The notes under the pieces are model-generated. The model was not told the DNA's origin. It saw only the letters and a list, made by a program, of their open reading frames with translations, and ran no database searches. Of a stretch of 64,000 nt of DNA, positions 60,569 to 64,000 are shown piece after piece. A program made the position numbers and the translations under genes. The stretch lies in the NCBI GenBank assembly GCA_963705725.1, contig CAVPKM010000017.1, positions 96,001 through 160,000 of the forward strand. Reading direction: 5' to 3'. The stretch comes from an uncultured Gammaproteobacteria bacterium. GTDB taxonomy: Bacteria > Pseudomonadota > Gammaproteobacteria > UBA6002. Within the stretch, counting starts at the first letter, position 1, and the number at the start of each line of letters is the position of its first letter.

Positions 60569-62872
60569 ATGTTTAGTAGAGCACTTGAAGTTACAATCAA
60601 TAGTGTTTTTGAAAGAGCCAGGGATAAACGGCACGAATTCATTACGGTTGAGCATTTGCTTTTAGCCTTACTTGATAATCCTGATGCGGTAGAAGTATTG
60701 GTGGCTTGTGGAGCTGATTTAAATCGTTTAAAAATAGGATTAGGTATTTTCGTTGATGAAACCACGCCCTTATTACCTAGTGGAAATGATTCTGATATTC
60801 AGCCCACCAGAGGTTTTCAGCGCGTTTTGCAACGGTCAATTATACAGGTGCAAACAGCAGGCAAGTCTGAAGTAACCGGAGCAAATGTATTAGTCGCTAT
60901 ATTTGGAGAGGAAGAAGGTCAATCCGTCTACTTTTTAAGTCAAGAGAATGTCACGCGTTTTGATGTAGTGAATTATATTTCTCATGGAATTTCAAAAGTC
61001 CATCATCATCATCACTCGACGCCTAGTCCACTTGAACGTTCAACAGATCATGAGCCGGGAGAAGGATTTGTGCATGAAAGCGCGTTAGAGCGTTTTGCAA
61101 TTAATTTAAATGAACAAGCAAAAACCGGTCGAATCGATCCCTTAATTGGGCGTCGCGAAGAAATCATTCGTGCGGTTCAGGTGCTCTGTCGTAGAAGGAA
61201 AAATAATCCCTTGCTAGTAGGCGAAGCAGGAGTGGGAAAAACTGCCATTGCTGAAGGGTTGGCAAAATTAATTGTCGAAAGAAAAGTACCGGAACCCATC
61301 TTAAATAGTACTGTCTTTGCACTTGATCTTGGAATGTTATTGGCTGGGACGAAGTATCGGGGAGATTTCGAAAAACGCTTTAAAGAAGTACTGAAAGATC
61401 TGAAAAGACATCCCGGAGCCATTGTTTTTATAGATGAAATTCATACTATTATTGGCGCGGGTGCTGCTTCAGGTGGAACCATGGATGCTTCAAACTTGCT
61501 GAAACCTTTACTAAGTAGTGGAGAAATTCGTTGCATGGGTTCTACTACTTACCAAGAATATCGAACTATTTTTGAAAAAGACCGCGCGTTGACGAGACGT
61601 TTTCAAAAAATTGATATTACCGAGCCTTCCATAGTCGATACTTATAAAATTCTTTGCGGTCTCAAAAGTCGATTTGAAGCTTATCATGGTGTGAAATATA
61701 CTTTTTCTGCTTTAAAAGCGGCGGCTGAACTGTCATCAAAATATATTAATGAACGTCATTTACCTGATAAGGCTATTGATGTCATTGATGAAGCAGGTGC
61801 ATATCAACGATTGCAGACTAGTAATAAAAAACGGCGTGTGATTGGGAGTCGAGAGATTGAGGAAGTGGTGGCGAAGTTAGCACATATTCCTGCTCGGCAT
61901 GTGAGCATGTCTGATCAGACAGTATTACGCAATATCGAAGAAGATTTGAGAGCGCTGGTCTATGGGCAAGAAGAAGCCATTTCTTCGCTTTGTATGGCAA
62001 TTAAAGTATCGCGTTCTGGCCTTCGTGAAGAGAATAAACCCATTGGATGTTTCTTATTTGCCGGGCCAACTGGAGTGGGTAAGACAGAAGTCACCAAACA
62101 ATTAGCCAAGAGCCTCGGCATTGAATTAATTCGTTTTGACATGTCGGAGTACATGGAGCGGCATACTGTTTCACGGCTAATTGGTGCCCCTCCTGGCTAT
62201 ATTGGGTATGATCAAGGCGGCTTGTTGACAGAAGCGGTGACCAAGCATCCGCATGCCGTGTTGCTTCTTGATGAAATTGAAAAAGCGCACTCAGATGTTT
62301 ATAACTTATTGTTACAAGTGATGGATCATGGAACTTTGACCGATAATAATGGACGAATTGCAGATTTCAGGCATGTTATCTTGATTATGACAACAAATGC
62401 CGGCGCGGAATTGATGGAGCGCACTACCATAGGTTTTATTGAGCAGGATCATCGTAGTGATAGTGTGGGTGTCATTAAAAAATTATTTACACCGGAATTC
62501 AGGAACCGCTTGGATGCGATGATTCAGTTTAACCATTTAACGCCTGAAATTTTAAGCTGTGTAGTAGATAAATTTCTAAAAGAATTAGAATCGGTGCTCC
62601 GAGCTAAGGCTGTCAAGCTTGACGTTGATCAAAGTGCTAGGGATTGGCTTGCAAGAAATGGCTATGATATAAAAATGGGAGCAAGGCCCATGAGTCGAAT
62701 CATACAAGAAAAAATTAAAAAGCCACTCGCTGAAAAATTGCTTTTTGGGAGTTTAATTAACGGTGGCATGGTTCGGATTGTAGCAAGTAACGATGAATTA
62801 ATCCTGGTAACAGAAGAAGAGGGCGAAGACAGTGGTCAGCTGGCTTCTTCCCGTCGTTCCATGGTTCGTTAG
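60569..62872 (+). CDS. clpA: ATP-dependent Clp protease ATPase ClpA
   Basis: Two AAA modules (GEAGVGKT, GPTGVGKT), RHEFITVEHLLLAL N-domain. Confidence 0.96.
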   Translation: MFSRALEVTINSVFERARDKRHEFITVEHLLLALLDNPDAVEVLVACGADLNRLKIGLGIFVDETTPLLPSGNDSDIQPTRGFQRVLQRSIIQVQTAGKSEVTGANVLVAIFGEEEGQSVYFLSQENVTRFDVVNYISHGISKVHHHHHSTPSPLERSTDHEPGEGFVHESALERFAINLNEQAKTGRIDPLIGRREEIIRAVQVLCRRRKNNPLLVGEAGVGKTAIAEGLAKLIVERKVPEPILNSTVFALDLGMLLAGTKYRGDFEKRFKEVLKDLKRHPGAIVFIDEIHTIIGAGAASGGTMDASNLLKPLLSSGEIRCMGSTTYQEYRTIFEKDRALTRRFQKIDITEPSIVDTYKILCGLKSRFEAYHGVKYTFSALKAAAELSSKYINERHLPDKAIDVIDEAGAYQRLQTSNKKRRVIGSREIEEVVAKLAHIPARHVSMSDQTVLRNIEEDLRALVYGQEEAISSLCMAIKVSRSGLREENKPIGCFLFAGPTGVGKTEVTKQLAKSLGIELIRFDMSEYMERHTVSRLIGAPPGYIGYDQGGLLTEAVTKHPHAVLLLDEIEKAHSDVYNLLLQVMDHGTLTDNNGRIADFRHVILIMTTNAGAELMERTTIGFIEQDHRSDSVGVIKKLFTPEFRNRLDAMIQFNHLTPEILSCVVDKFLKELESVLRAKAVKLDVDQSARDWLARNGYDIKMGARPMSRIIQEKIKKPLAEKLLFGSLINGGMVRIVASNDELILVTEEEGEDSGQLASSRRSMVR

Positions 62873-62882
62873 AGGGGCTGCC

Positions 62883-63134
62883 TCACTCTTCTTGAGATTC
62901 GGTCGTCTTCTTTTTATCCGGATTGCGAAAGCTGATTCGACCTTTATTCAAATCATAGGGAGTGAGCTCAACGGTGACGGTATCCCCTGTTAGTATCCTG
63001 ATATAATTTTTTCTCATCCGGCCAGAAATGTGAGCCGTGATAATGTGTCCGTTTTCAAGTTTAACCCTAAACATGGTATTTGGCAGGGTATCTATCACGA
63101 CTCCCTGCATTTCTATGTGTTCTTCTTTTGGCAT
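62883..63134 (-). CDS. infA: Translation initiation factor IF-1
   Basis: [38 protein letters not shown]. Confidence 0.98.
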   Translation of the reverse strand: MPKEEHIEMQGVVIDTLPNTMFRVKLENGHIITAHISGRMRKNYIRILTGDTVTVELTPYDLNKGRISFRNPDKKKTTESQEE

Positions 63135-63220
63135 GAAAATCCTATCTATTTAGAGAAAGCCCCAATTGTACCATTTTTTAAAAAAGACTCAATTGCCTAT
63201 GACTTTGAATTTTTTGTTCA

Positions 63221-64000
63221 TCAACAGATAATGCAATTTTCTTTTTCAGGTTGTGATGCCGGTTGCTCTGTTAGTTGTTCTCTTAGCTCAAAATTAGGGA
63301 ATGCCGCATAGGTATCACGTGGCATTTTACATTTTGTGAAAATTAAGAAATCTATTTCCTTGCGGTGATCTAATTTCATCTCAAGGCTATTCATTCGGAT
63401 GGGATGTAGCCCTATTTCTGTGCAGTATGCCATTGCAACCAAGATATCATTTTCGTTATTTGCGATCATTATCATTTGACCCTCAACTAATTTTACTTCT
63501 ACAAGATTCTTAAAAGTTTCTGAATAATAGCTTTCCATCAATACATTTATTTGACGTAGAAGCAAAATTGGATAAGATTCAGATTCTTCTAGCCTGTAAT
63601 TACAGTCTCCAGTGAGGAGGTGAAATTTTGTTAATAACCTGGCTGTATGTTGTTGTTCGGCACTGCTTGAATGGCGAATAAAATTAGTAATATGTTGTGA
63701 AATTCTATCAGGATTATCGATATCTGCCTGCAGTGTCGTAGCTAGGTCATGAGATAACAGTGTTTTATATGAGGCGGGATCTTCTAAGAAACATTGAACA
63801 CTAATTTTTTTTAATCTAACTACCTGATTTTCTAAATGGTAATTGCTATTGATAATGAAATTATCCATTGCCATTTGAAAAATTTGATCGAGCACTTCAA
63901 AAGGAAGCCTAGATAAATGGCATAGTGTATCGGTGTTGTTTTGTCTGCTTGCCTGAATAAATACAATAGAAATAACAGCAGCTTTTCGATTATTTTGTAA
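63221..64000 (-). CDS. Effector-like hypothetical protein with internal F-box-like motif (5' end outside window)
   Basis: Frame is open to position 64000; reads ..LCHLSRLPFEVLDQIFQMA.. Confidence 0.65.
   Translation of the reverse strand, partial: LQNNRKAAVISIVFIQASRQNNTDTLCHLSRLPFEVLDQIFQMAMDNFIINSNYHLENQVVRLKKISVQCFLEDPASYKTLLSHDLATTLQADIDNPDRISQHITNFIRHSSSAEQQHTARLLTKFHLLTGDCNYRLEESESYPILLLRQINVLMESYYSETFKNLVEVKLVEGQMIMIANNENDILVAMAYCTEIGLHPIRMNSLEMKLDHRKEIDFLIFTKCKMPRDTYAAFPNFELREQLTEQPASQPEKENCIIC

Overview
AT-rich gammaproteobacterial chromosome segment. Gene content and many orphan eukaryotic-like genes suggest a Legionellales/Coxiellaceae-like intracellular bacterium (inference). The core backbone is frr-uppS-cdsA-dxr-bamA-skp-lpxD-fabZ-lpxA, gnnA-like/lpxB, rnhB-dnaE, ung, acnA, ETF-QO/etfBA, ald, an M17 peptidase, a fad operon, nagZ-hpt, TPP riboswitch-tenA, mfd, mnmA, icd, clpA and infA. 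Single effector-like genes are wedged between core genes: ankyrin-like, F-box+RCC1, LRR+papain-like, coiled-coil, membrane, F-box-like, and a triplicated ~920-1000 aa family with bipartite NLS-like motifs. The most unusual structure occurs twice: a single cargo gene is bracketed by a 230-310 bp direct duplication of a housekeeping gene 3' end, with no integrase. The cases are F-box/RCC1 at lpxB and an Rpn nuclease at the tenA/mfd junction. Both sites show traces of two different versions of the same junction stacked in tandem. Also present are a 177-bp palindromic MITE with an 8-bp TSD, an unannotated 32-codon clpS remnant, a chimeric middle copy in the triplicated array, and several single-base frameshifts that may be assembly errors.
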